This document shows positions 28,070 through 41,020 of a DNA stretch of 64,000 bases, one piece after another (within the stretch, counting starts at the first letter, position 1; each line of letters starts with the position of its first letter). The DNA is from the human T2T-CHM13v2.0 reference genome, Homo sapiens, in NCBI RefSeq assembly GCF_009914755.1, contig NC_060927.1. One strand, 5' to 3'. The position numbers were made by a program, and so were the translations under genes. Under the pieces are notes generated by a model that searched no databases, was not told the DNA's origin, and saw nothing but the letters and a program-made list of their open reading frames with translations.

Positions 28070-28377
28070 TTATGGATATACACCATCAGCAAGCTATCGC
28101 AAGGACAAAAAACCAAACACCGCATGTCCTCACTCATAGGTGGGAATTGAACAATGAGAACACTTGGACACAGGAAGGGGAACATCACACACCAGAGCCT
28201 GTTTTGGGGTGGGGGGAGGGGGGAGGGATAGCATTAGGAGATATACCTAATGTAAATGATGAGTTAATGGGTGCAGCACACCAACATGGCACATGCATGC
28301 ATATGTAACAAACCTGCACGTTGTGCACATGTACCCTAGAACTTAAAGTATAATAAATATACACATATATATATATA
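28070..28377 (+). mobile_element. 5'-truncated L1PA (L1PA4-like) 3' end
   Basis: ctcataggtgggaattgaacaatgagaacacttggacacaggaagggg...ccctagaacttaaagtataataaa; TSD AAGAGTGCT at 28061-28069 and 28378-28386. Confidence 0.93.
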
Positions 28378-29049
28378 AAGAGTGCTACAAGAAAAGAAAA
28401 TTACAGAGCAATATCTTAGATGAATATAGATACAAAAGTCTTCAACAAAGTACCACCAAACCAAATTCAACAGCACATTAAAAGGATCATACACCATGAT
28501 CAGGTGGGATTTATCTCTGGGATGCAAGGATGGTTCAACATACACAAATCAATAAATGTGATACATCACATTAACACAATGAAGGATAACAGTGCGGGAA
28601 AAGCACCTGACAAAAATCAATGCTTTCTTGATAAAAAGCCTCAACAAATTTGGTACAGAAGGAACGTACCTCAACATAATAAAGATCAAATATGGCAATC
28701 CCATAGAAAACATCATACTCAGTGGTGAAAAGCTGAAAGCATTTCCTCTAAGATTAGGAATGAAAAAGCATACTCACTCTCACTATTTCTATTAAACATA
28801 GTATTGGAATTCTTAGCCAGAGCAATTAGGCAAGAAAAAAATTGGAAAGGAAGAAGTTAAATGGTCTCTGTTTATAGATGACATAATCTTATATGTAGAA
28901 AAACCCTGAAGACTGCAGCAAAAAAAGAAAAAAAAACCTGTTGAAACGATATATGAACCCAATAGTTTCAGGATACAATGTAACATACAAAAATTAGTTG
29001 CAGTTCCCTACATTAATAAAGAACTCTCTAAGAAATTAAGAAAAAGATC

Positions 29050-29445
29050 CATCTTAGTCTGTGGGCATTGCTTATTACCTAAGGCTGGGTAATTTATAAA
29101 GAGAAAAAGTTTTTTTGGCTCATGGCTTTTCCGGATGTACAAGAAGCATGGCACCAGCTCCTGGTGAGAGCTCAGGCTGCTTCCACTCATGGCAGAAGGT
29201 AAAGTGAAGCCAGTGTGTGGAGATTACAAGGCAAGAGAGAAAGAAGAGAGAGCTGCCAGGCTCTTTATAACAATCGGCTCTCATGGGAACCAATAGAGAA
29301 AGAAATCACTCAATACATCAAGAAGGACATCAAACCACTTATGAGGAAACTACCCCCACGATCAAACACCTCTCATTAGGCCTGATAGCTAACATTGGGA
29401 TCAAATTTCAACATGAGGTTTGTGGGGACAGATATCCAAATTATA
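29050..29445 (-). mobile_element. MST (MSTB-like) MaLR solo LTR within L1 ORF2
   Basis: ggctgggtaatttataaag, gtacaagaagcatggcaccagc, ttccactcatggcagaagg, tttcaacatgaggtttgtggggacagatatccaaa. Confidence 0.85.
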
Positions 29446-31421
29446 AAACGATTCCACTTACAATAGTATCAAATACAATAACATACTAAGAAATAAATTT
29501 AACCAAGTTGATGAAGAATTGGTACACTGAAAACTCTTAGACACTGATGAAAGAAACTGAAGACAAAAACAAGTGTAAAAATATTGCACGTTCGTGAATT
29601 GAAAGAATTGCTATTTTTAAAATGCCCATGCTACCTAAAGCATTTTCAGATTCAATGCAATCTATCAATATTATAATGATATTTTTTACAGAAATAGACA
29701 AAACAATCCTGAAATTTGTTTGGAACCACAAAAGATCACAGATAGCCATAGCAATCTTGAAAAGGAACAAAGCTGGAGGCATCACACTCTGTGATTTCAA
29801 TTTGTCTTACGAAGCTACAGTAATCAAAATAGTTTGGTACCAGCATAAAAACAGACACTTAGGTCAATGGAATAGAATTGAGAGCCTAGAAATAAATGCA
29901 CACTTGTATGGTTAACTAATCTTTGGCAAGGGCACCAACTATACACAATAAGGAAAGGAAATTCTCTTCAATAAGTGGTTTTGGGGAAACTGGATACTCA
30001 AATGCAAAAGAATAAGACTGGATCCTTGTCTTGCACTGTACACAAAAATTAACTCAAAATGAATTAAAGATTTAAATTTTTAATTTAAAAATGTAAGATC
30101 CAAAACTGTAAAACAAAGCTCCTTGACATTGGTCTTGGCAAAGAGTTTTTGGATATTGACACGAAAAGCACAGGTAACAAAAGCAAAAATAAAAAAAAGT
30201 AGAACTACACCAAACTAAAAACCTTTTTCACAGCAAAGGAAACAAAAACTGAGAAGGCAACCTACTGAATGGGAGAAAACATTTGCAACTATATATCTGA
30301 TGAAGGGTTGATATTCAGAATGTATGTAGAACTCACACAACTCAATGGCAAAAAAAAATAATAACAATAACTCAATTTAAAAATAGGAAAAAGGCCTGAA
30401 TAGACATTTTTCCAAAGAAGGCATACAAATGGGCAAGAAGTATATTAAAAAGTGCTCAACATCAATAATCATCAGGGAAATGCACATCAAAACTACAGTG
30501 AGATATCACCTCATGCCTGTCAGAAGGGCTAAGAGATAAATATCTGCAAGAATGTGGAGAAACGAAAACACTTGTCCACTGTAGGTGGGAATGTAAATTG
30601 GTATAGCCATTATGGAAAACAGTATGGAGTTTCCTAAAAAAATTTAAAATAGAATAATTATATGATCCAGCAAGCCCACTTCTGGGTTTATATCCAAAGG
30701 AAATGAAATCAGTATCTTTAAGAGATATCTGTACCCTCATAATTATTGCAGCATTATTCATAATACCCAAAAGATGGAAACTACCTAAGTATCCATCAAT
30801 GGGTAAAGCGGATAAATGAATAAAGAAAATGTGGTACATATACACAATGAAATATTATTTTGCCATAAAAATAATCAAACCTGTCATTTTCAACAACATG
30901 AATGAATCTGTAAGACATTATACTAAGTAAAATAAGCAAGATATAGAAAGACAAATAGTCTGTGATCTCACTTACATGAAATCTTATAAAAAGGTGAATC
31001 TCATTGCAACAGAAAGACTGATGATTGCCAGGGGATGGTGGTGGAGAAAATAAGGAGATGTTGATTAAAGGGTACAACATTTCAGTTATAAGTTGAACAA
31101 GTTCCAGGGATCTAATGTACAGAATGGGTGGTGAAGAATGTGTGAATTAACTTGATTGTGATAATCACTGAGAAATGTATGCATAAAACAATCACAATGC
31201 ACACTTTCACTATATACAATCTTTGTCAATTAAATATTTTTAAATAAAAAATAAATAAAATTGTACTTCCGGTTTTTGAGATACTGCTTATTTTTTATCC
31301 ACTCTTTTTTCTCACTCCTTTTTAGATTAGATAATTTCTATTGATCTATCTTTAAGTTCAATGACTTTTCCTTCAACCCCTCCTCCATTATACTGTTAAT
31401 CCTACTAATTTATTTATTTAA

Positions 31422-31763
<342 letters not shown>

Positions 31764-31947
31764 AATTTGGTTCTTTTAATAATTTCTTATTTCTCTGCTG
31801 AGATTTCCTATCTTTTTGTTCATTTCAACCATATTCCCTTTCATCTCTTAAAGCGCAGTTTTAATACCTGCTTTAATTTTCTTGCCTAGTAATTCCAACA
31901 TGTGGGTGATTTTAAGATTGTCATCTGTTGATTTTCTTTATCCTTAA

Positions 31948-32308
<361 letters not shown>

Positions 32309-33261
32309 AATTATGGGTTTTAACTTAGACATCGTCAATATTAATTGTGGATACTCCAGACTTGGAGTCCTTAACTTGGACAATGTGTTACATTGAGCCA
32401 AAGAGTGCTAATATCTTTGTTCTCATGGGACATTAATTTGGCTAATCTCATATTGAAAAATTTGTGCTTTTTGGATCTCAGTGTGGACTGATTTCAGTCT
32501 GCCCTGTGCATGTGCAGTTCAGGGGTCAGACAAAGACTTAAGACAGAATTTATACACACAATATCCCATCTCTGTCTCTTTACTTTCCTATGTTTTTCCT
32601 CATTCTCTGACATCCCCGTTCCTTCCCAGAGTTCCTACAGCCTACAGAGAAAGCAAGGGCTTTCTCTTGGAGTTAAATTGTCCCATGTTGCCACTGCAAT
32701 TGGAGATGCCCTCAGAAAAAGCCTCAGAAATGTGAAACTTCATCTCATGACATTTGCTTAATACAAAGTTTGAACCTCCTCTAATATTTCTCTAGTCTTA
32801 TCCATTCTCCAAAACCTTTACAGAGTTGTATTGTGTTTTGTTATGCTTTGCTTTTATTTTTGGTTTTTGTCCAGAGTTTATAGCTACTATCTGCAGGCTG
32901 GTTGTTTTTTTGGAAGTTTATTTCTCCACACAAGAAGCAAAACTCTTGTATTATTACTAATCCTGAGAACAGAAGGTTACAGAGAAACAGAAAACAGAAG
33001 GCTTTAAAAAAGTACCAAGAGATACAAATAAAAATTGAATAAAAAACAAACAAACAAAAAACTAGAAAAATGTCTCCTGCTTCTAGGAGAGGGCTGAACA
33101 AAGGCAGATGAAGAGGCAATAAAGTAGGTAATAAGTACATTTACAGAAATATATGCCATCAAATAGGTAAGAATGCAAGTAAAATTTATATATAACAAAT
33201 ACCCAAAAGTTTTGGAAGCAGAAAAAATGTTAGTCAATAGTTCATATTGTCTAACAATCAA

Positions 33262-33994
33262 TCTGTCACCCAGGCTTTGTCACCCAGGCTGGAATGCAGT
33301 GACGTGATCATAGCTCACTGAAATTTCAAACACTATCCTCCTGAGTAGCTGGGACTACAGGCATACACCACCACATCTGGCTAATTTTCTATTTTATTTT
33401 TTGTAGACATACGGTCTCACTATGTTGCCCAGACTGGTCTTGAACTTCTGGGGGCTCAATCAATCCTCCCTGCTTGGCCTCCCAAAGTGCTGGGATTATA
33501 GTGTGAAAGGAAAATAAATCTTGGGGCCCAAAATCACTAAGCTAAAGGGAAAAGTCAAGCTGGGGACTGCTTAGGGCAAACCTGCTTCCCATTCTATTCA
33601 AAGTCATCCCTCTGCTCACTAAGATAAATGCATATCTCATTGCCTCTTTGTCAAGGCTAATCAGAAACTCAAGAATGCAACCATTTGTTTCTAATCTACC
33701 AATGGCCTGGAAGCCCCCTCCCACTTTGAGTTGTCCTGCTTTTGCTTCAAGTTGTCCTGCCCTTACGAACCGAACCAATGTTCATCTTACATATGTTGAT
33801 TGATGTCTCATGCCTCCCTAAAATGTATAAAACCAAGTTATGCTCCGACTGTCTTGGGCACATGTTATCAAAACCTCCTGAGACTGTGTCATGGGCATGT
33901 GTCCTTAACGTTGACAAAATAAACTTCCTAAATTGACTGAGACCTGTCTCAGATTTTTTAGTTTCACAACAGGCATGAGCCACCATACCTGGCC
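33262..33994 (-). mobile_element. AluJ-like element interrupted by a MER4A LTR
   Basis: gtgatcatagctcactg, ctcactatgttgcccag (J-type); Alu resumes as acaggcatgagccacc after the LTR. Confidence 0.85.
33502..33968 (+). mobile_element. MER4A/MER4A1 ERV1 solo LTR
   Basis: TGTGAAAGGAAAATAAATCTTGGGGCCC...TTTCACA, TG...CA termini, AATAAA near the 3' end, 4-bp TSD ATAG/ACAG. Confidence 0.9.
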
Positions 33995-34781
33995 TCAAAA
34001 GTTTCAAAACCAACACTCTTCATCAGATCCCAGAACCAAAGAAGGAAAAAACAATTGAAGAATTTATGTCCACAGTTATGCCAAGATTTACACTAATGCA
34101 TACCACATCTCAAAGATTGAAGAACTCTCTCAAGAACTGGCAATAATTAAGTTTCCAACCAAATTATATTTTCTAAATTAAAAATAAGCACACATCCAAG
34201 TGTAAAATTTAAAAAAACCTGAAGCTAAAGCACATTCACCTTATAGATAAAAATATAGTCCATACCTCTCTATTTTATAAATGCATTTTCAGACTTGATG
34301 CATTATAGGACATGGTAACTTCAAACAGCAAGGAAAAAACTCTTATTTAAAACTCAGTAAGAATATAATCTCTGTAAGAAAATTATCATTTTAAATAATT
34401 TCATTAAACTGTTTTCTCCTTTGATATACCCCTGGATGTAACACTATTAGGTTATAGTGAAAAACACCCTCAATTAACTCTCAAAAAGTATGGTTCCACC
34501 ATTAAGCTACTATGAGACTTTGGACAGGTCCCTTCACCTATCTAGGCTTCAGTTTACTCATGTGAAATGTGAGGCTAGAACATATGGTTTCTGCTTTCCA
34601 GGTGTAAAATTCTATAACTACATAACTTTATCCCTTCGTTTCATGCAGTTTTATCTCCGTCTTCCACTTCTGTGTCTTCCTGGCTGGAGTAGCTTTATCT
34701 GTCGTCTGAGGCATCCGGGGCACACCCCATCATTTCAGGCTTAGCCGTTTCTAAGTCGAAGGCTGCAGTCACTGAGGGCAG

Positions 34782-34960
34782 CCTCAAGGTTCTTCAATGA
34801 TGGAGAACCTCAAGGTTCTTCAATGATGGAGAACCTCAAGGTTCTTCAATGATGGAGAACCTCAAGGTTCTTCAATGATGGAGAACCTCAAGGTTCTTCA
34901 ATGATGGAGAACCTCAAGGTTCTTCAATGATGGAGAACCTCAAGGTTCTTCAATGATGGA
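34782..34960. repeat. 26-bp minisatellite, ~6.9 perfect copies (CCTCAAGGTTCTTCAATGATGGAGAA)
   Basis: Six identical units plus a 23-bp partial, counted directly. Confidence 0.98.
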
Positions 34961-35394
34961 AAGATTCTTGTTTAATTTCTAAAAAATAAATTTGGCAAAT
35001 TCCTCAGATCTCAGGCCCAAAGAAAATATTTCAGGAGAGATACATTATGCCTTTCACGCAAGTGCAAAAAAATTAAAAATGTAGACTCCCACACACAATC
35101 TCAAGCAAATCATCAACTGACATCTGATGTTGTCTTACCTACAGAGTTAAGAAGCTTGTTTACATCTGTACTTCAGGTGAGTGAGATAATTTTGTGAATG
35201 GTAGGTTAAAAGTAATTTCAAATTTGAGAATTAAGCAATGAGAAATGTGCTGTAAATTTCAAGAAAAAGATGCTGCAATACTGTTTAGGATTCTGAGAAC
35301 TTTAGATCTATCTTCTTATAAAAACTTCCACTTAGAAACAAAGAAATAAACAAAAACCAGGATAAACAATACAATGCTCTTTCCAACTTGCTGG

Positions 35395-35610
35395 AATTAC
35401 ATTCACTCAGATAAACATTTATTAAGCACTTAGTTGGTACAAGGTGTACTGTCCTCTGTGAGACACACACTCATAGAAAAGAATTTTGTATCTGCTTTAG
35501 TGAGTTTATAATATGCCAGAATAAATACATACTAAAAGGCATATATACATAAATAATATAATGCATTGCAGGAAGAGGTAAGTACTATGATAGAGGGACA
35601 CAGAAAGTCC
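35395..35610 (-). mobile_element. L2 LINE 3' fragment
   Basis: attcactcagataaacatttattaagcacttag... Confidence 0.55.
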
Positions 35611-36571
35611 TGTGCCTCAGGCCTTGCTCCCTGCAGGGCACTAAGCTATTTCGAATCACACTGCAGGAGGTGGCCAACTACACAGTATGCAGTGCATCAG
35701 TGCTATCCAGGGAAGAAAAGACTACTACATGGTTAAGAGAGCCTGAAAAAACAGAAGCAGAGAGGTGGACCTAGAAAACTAGCAGTCGGTTGAAGGTCAA
35801 TATGTTCCTACCTGGAAAATAGGGTCCAACTACTGGGCAGAAGGCCAGGACCCAAGGGTGATTCTGTGCAACTGGGGGAGGTGAGAAAGGAGAGAAAGGA
35901 AGTGAGTATTCTGCTGTGGGAAGAAGGGAATTCCAAGATGACAACACAGCAAGAGCTTAACTATAGATGAAGGAATTCTGAATTTCTTCTAGTTTCCCAT
36001 CTCATGATCATGTCAATATAAAAGGAAATTACTATAAAATGTAATAATTTCTACCAGTCTACAGATTCTGGCAGGCTAAATTAAACCTGAAGATAAGGAC
36101 AAAATTACATTCCAGTTCCTACTTACAACTTCTATCACATAAAGAGGTACTTACATAGTTCATATGTGCAAACTGAGTTGCATGCTTTCTAAATCGTTTT
36201 ATTTAATTGTGAAATGTTTGGAATTGGGTGTCACTGGTCTTCATTTTGTTTTGAAAAGGCAATATAAGTGAATTAATCTATCATCAGGCTAATAACAAGA
36301 ATAAGTATTTTAACTCCTTCCTTTGAAATGAAAAGACAAATTCTTTAGCCAAGAGCTTCCAAGTTTAATTTACGATTCACAAAATTCTACAAACATAAAT
36401 TATATAGTAGAAGTTTCCCTTATTCTTACTTGAATATAACTCTAATCATTTGAATATCAGTTTTAACAAAATGAATAAGAGTACAACAGAGTTCAGATGA
36501 AGCTCGTTTCTTGCCAAAATCCATATGAATGCCAAATACCTTCCAAGCACAAATAAATCCTGCCTTCCATT

Positions 36572-36606
36572 TAAACAAACAAACAAACAAACAACAAACA
36601 AAACAC
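36572..36606. repeat. (CAAA)n microsatellite
   Basis: Seen directly. Confidence 0.9.
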
Positions 36607-36892
36607 CACATTGCCTAAGATTGGGCAATCACTACTAAGTGACTACTAAGTAGTGAGTAAGAGCTAAGGGAAACGGAGCGAACTTTAGGTCACCAGGGCA
36701 CGGTACACTGAAAAACATGTGCTGCGCTTCTTCAGAAACAAGCTACAACAGCAGAAAGACGAGGTACCTTATATCTTGTTTATAAATCTTACTTTATAAA
36801 GGAGAAAAAAATGAAAAAAGGGAAATAATATTCCCTTATATCCTATTTTGTGCTAGGCACTTAGACAATGTTTTATTATTTAATTGAAACTT

Positions 36893-38359
36893 GAGTTCAA
36901 TCGGTAGCAGGAGCGGCGAGCGGAACCCAGAGAGCCCTGAGCAGCCCCACCACCGCCCCCGGCCTAGTTACAGTCACCCCAGAAGGAGCCACAACCCTGC
37001 AGCCAGCAGGTCACCATCACAGCAACCACAACCCTGAGCAAAGACGCCAAGGCAGCCAACCCCAAGCCGGCACCACCTGCAGCGGCGCAGGGAGCAGTGG
37101 CAAGGGCGACCTCACAGGCGGCGCCTGCTGATGGGGATAAGATCACCGCAAGGAAGATTTTGGGAACAGTAAAATGGTTCAATGTAAGAAATAAATGGTT
37201 TCATCTATGCGAATGGCACCAAGGAAGATGCAGTTGTACAGCAGAATACCATACAGAAGAGTAACCCCAGGAAGTACCTTAGCAGTGTAGGACACGGAGA
37301 GACTGTGGAGTTTGATGATGTTGCAGCAGAAAAGGGTGGGGAGGCAGTAAATGTTACAGGCCCCTGTAGAGTCCAGTTGATAGCAGTAAGTATGCAGCTG
37401 ACCTTAACCATCATTGACGCTATCCATGTGGTCCTCAGGCAATTACCAGTAGAATTACCAGAATAGTGAGAGTGGAGAAAAGAACGAAGGACGGGAGAGT
37501 GCTCCCTTAGGCTCGGCCCAACAATGCCGGCCCTGCTGCAGGCGAAGGTTCCTGCCTTACTACAGGCAGAGACCCTACGGAAATTGACCACCATATTCTA
37601 ACCCTCCTTGCAGGGAGCAGCGACGGAGGGTGCTAACAACTGGGGTGCAGGAGCACAAGGTAGGCCAGTGAGGCAGGATATTTGTATGGTTTATAGACCA
37701 CGATTCCTCAGGGAACCTCATCGCCAAAGCCAGCCTAGAGAGGACGGCAGTGAAGAGAGTAAAGAAAATCAAGATGAGACCCAATATCAGCAGCGACCTC
37801 AACATCGGTGCTGCTAAAACCCCAATTATCTATGTAGACTCCCAGAAAACCCTAAACCACAACATGGCAAAGAGACAACAGCAGCCAGTCCACCAGTCAA
37901 GAATTCTGCACCCGAGGCAGAAGAAGGTTGAGTAAATGCCGGTTTACCATCTCCACCATCATCCAGTTTAATCATCCAACAAGAAGAAATGAATATGAAA
38001 TTACAGCAATGAGAAATGCAGGAAAGAAATGCTGAAGACCTTAAGTGCTTGCTTTTTGCCCATTGATCAGAAACCAGAACTACCTGCATTATCTACGAAG
38101 CATGGGGTTTTTAAAATTATTTTTACCTACAGACATGTCTTTTTGGTAATAACAAAGGTTTTTATTGTTGTTGTTTTTGTGTGTTTTTTTTTTAGTTTGG
38201 TTTTTCTCAACATGCCTTTAAAAGCTTTTAAATTGGTTCATATGTCAAGTTGAGATTTTTAAGCACTTCACTTTTAATTTGTAATAAAAGTTTACAACTT
38301 GATTTTTTCAAAAATGTCAACCAACTGCAAGCACCCATTGAAAGTCTTAAATAATACAA
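36893..38359 (+). pseudogene. YBX1P3: Processed pseudogene of YBX1 (Y-box binding protein 1), full-length mRNA copy, disabled
   Basis: YBX1-like 5' UTR (agttcaatcggtagcaggagcgg...gagagccctgagcagcccc); cold-shock domain remnant [13 protein letters not shown] at ~37154-37192; [11 protein letters not shown]; stop region gagtaaatgccgg at ~37935; YBX1-like 3' UTR; intronless, start codon lost, frameshifts. The P3 number is from recollection of the locus. Confidence 0.93.
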
Positions 38360-39117
38360 AAACTTTAAATTAAATCAAATGGGTATTAACACCATATAAT
38401 ACAAAAAAGAAGTGAGGTTCGAAAATCCTTATGCTTTTGTGATGCCACACGTCACCTAACTGGTAGCACAACTTGATTGCAATCTGACTCTGAAGCTTTT
38501 CTTCATTCCTAGACATCCTATTTTTGTTGAAGTCCTAGATTTTAAAAGTATAATTTTTTTAGGAATAAAGATCTGGTAGGCAGGAAATTCTGCTGAAGCT
38601 GTTTCTGGGCAACTTGACTTTGCCAGGGCCTTTGCACTGATTGTGTTAATGGCCACCTCCTCTTCAGATGTAGGGTTATGGATCACCTGTAACCACCTGT
38701 AACCTGTACAGCAAGCTGAAGGAGTGTTTGCCTAATATCCAATCCACAGAATTTATTTCAAAAATGGTGAGCCTCACTAAGGTGATAGCAGTAGCCTGTC
38801 CACAGGCTGATCAACAAAATCTTGTCTTTGATCCATGGTTTCTGCTTCTTGGAGTCTCCCAAGGTACATTCTGCCACTGCTGGACCTAGAATCATAGTCT
38901 CCTTTCCTACCAGCCTTCTCACCCTGCCAAACTTATCATATACAATTGTTTGACATCACAGATATTATCAATCCCTAGGCCTCTCTAGCTTTCTGCTCTT
39001 GCAATTTCTTTTACATTGTCTTTGTCACCCAGCACAGAGCCCATACATAAGTCATCACTCTATTTTCTTAGAAATACTTTCAGTTCACTTCTTGGTTTTC
39101 CTATCTCACTTACCAAG

Positions 39118-40100
39118 CTGTCTTAGTACAGATCTAAGATGAGAATTTTAGTACAAATAATTTATTTTGGAAACAACCCCATGAAACACTGGTAAGGGAG
39201 AAAGGATGGAAGGCAGAAAAGGGAAATAAGATAGAATGTTTGCAAAGATAACCATCAATAGTTCCTCAAAGCCTTGCTCTAGCATGCTGCTCTTCCCATC
39301 AAGAGGCAGAGTTTGTTTCCCCCACTCTTGAATCTGCACTGACCTTGCACCCTTTTTTTGAACAATAGATTGCAGCAGAAGTGATGCTATGCTAGTTCTA
39401 AGCCAAGGCTGCAAGAGTCCTGGCAGCCTCTTCTTTTGCTTTCCTTAGATGCAGATACCATGTAAAGACGCTCAGACTAGATTAGTGAATGATGAGAAGC
39501 AATGGGGAGAGACAGGCCCAGACAGACCCCAGCCATTCTATACATTGCACTGAGGCCTAAAACCCATAAGTAAAGCCATCATAGTCATTCCTGACCCAGA
39601 CAGGCTTCCAGTCAAGTGCAACTACATGAGTGACCCAAGCTATTACTAATCTAAGCCTGGGCACCCCAAAGATTTGTAAAAAATAACAAATCTTTGTTGT
39701 TTTAAGTCCCTGTATTTGGGGGTAGTTTGTTACACAGCCATAAATGAAACAGGGACAAAGCCAAAAAAGGGTACAATTATTAAACAAGTTACTGCTATGG
39801 GAAATGAGTTTAGTCCTTCTGGGATACTCTGGAAAACAGTAAAGAACATGCCTCACAGTTATCCCATGTGAAGGGTAAGGATGATAGTGTAATCCACCCA
39901 CTTGCTAACAGTTATTTGCTTAAGTCTTTTTCTAGTGACAGTAACTATTTGGTACTTTAAGCCTGCCCAACACTGTGAGCCAAATCTGCTCAGCAGCCAC
40001 ACACAAAAAATGCCTTCAGGCAGACAGTCACAGTATCAGGAATAAGCAGTCTTCTGTGACAAGAGGTGAGTGGTGGAAGGAAACAGGAAGAGCGTCAACA
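39118..40100. mobile_element. ERVL-type LTR (LTR33/LTR16-like) split by an MLT1
   Basis: aatttattttggaaacaaccccatgaaacactggtaaggg ... resumes ~39755 with caagttactgctatggg, gaacatgcctcacagttatccc. Confidence 0.5.
39230..39752 (+). mobile_element. MLT1G/H-like MaLR LTR
   Basis: ctcttcccatcaagaggcagagt, cagcagaagtgatgct, gttgttttaagtccctgtatttgggggtagtttgttacacagc. Confidence 0.75.
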
Positions 40101-41020
40101 TAGGTGAAAACCCAGGCCTAGAGCAGTCCAGCTATCTGCTTTCTCCACTCCTAGAACTGCAACAGCTAAAGTGGGTCACATACACTCACAGATTATAACC
40201 ACTACACATCTACAGCTCCCAAACTTAGCTGGGTCCCAAATGTTACTTAATAATCCTTCCAAGTTTCCCTAATCATCTGTTTACTTTAGTATATTTTACA
40301 TCTATTTCAAAACTTCCCACTTTTATTAAATCTTCTATTCCACCTACCCCTCCCCCTTCGGTATCAGCAAAGCAATATGCTCTCTATCCCAATGAGAAAA
40401 TAAAGGTCATCAGATCAATTTTTTGCTACCTCCATTGCACTGCATTCAGAATCATCCTTCCTTCCTTCCCTACTAATACCACAGGAAAGGGTCAAGGTAA
40501 ATGCAGCATTAATCCAGCACCTCTCCATCTCTGGAATACCCCACCTTAGAATACAAGAACCCATTATGTACTTGCCCTTTTCTGTCTCTCTTAGGTCCCT
40601 AATGCATGAATCTCATCGAGTTATAGATCTGTTGAAACCCTACACCTATGGATCTTTGCACCAAGCATTGTTCCTACTGCCTAAAATGTACCTTCCCCAA
40701 CTTTCCCCATTTCTAGACTCTGCCCTGGCAGAGTCCTCTTCATCTTTTAGACCTCCACTTACCTGCGACCTCTTCAGGAAAGCCTTCTTTACTTTGCTGC
40801 CCACGATTCCTCAAATCTATGCTTACCTCTGCCACAGCACTTTGCTCTTTTCTGAAATCGCTCATTCCTTTTTCTGATATCCTTTTCCTCCTCCTTTACC
40901 TCCCACTGAAAATAAGCTCCTCCAAATCAGGTATTTGCCTTATATATTTTTGAACCATAGTATCTGTGCCTAGAACATAGCTGTGGATTAACAAATAGCA
41001 CCAAATTTAAATAAATTAAT
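40100..41020 (+). mobile_element. L2 LINE fragments
   Basis: Pyrimidine-rich L2 motifs: ctttgcaccaagcattgttcctactgcctaaaatg, cctcttcaggaaagccttc, gtgcctagaacatag. Confidence 0.6.

Noticed and set aside
34782-34960. CRISPR-like array (26-bp partly palindromic repeats)
   Set aside because: Units are contiguous with no spacers, there are no cas genes, and the context is primate DNA; it is a minisatellite.
36900-37140. GC-rich stretch as a CpG-island promoter
   Set aside because: It is the retrocopied YBX1 5' end with evident CpG decay, not a native island.
36964-38253. Cluster of ORFs on both strands as a possible coding retrogene
   Set aside because: These are off-frame or antisense readings of a frameshifted YBX1 copy; no intact cold-shock domain ORF exists.
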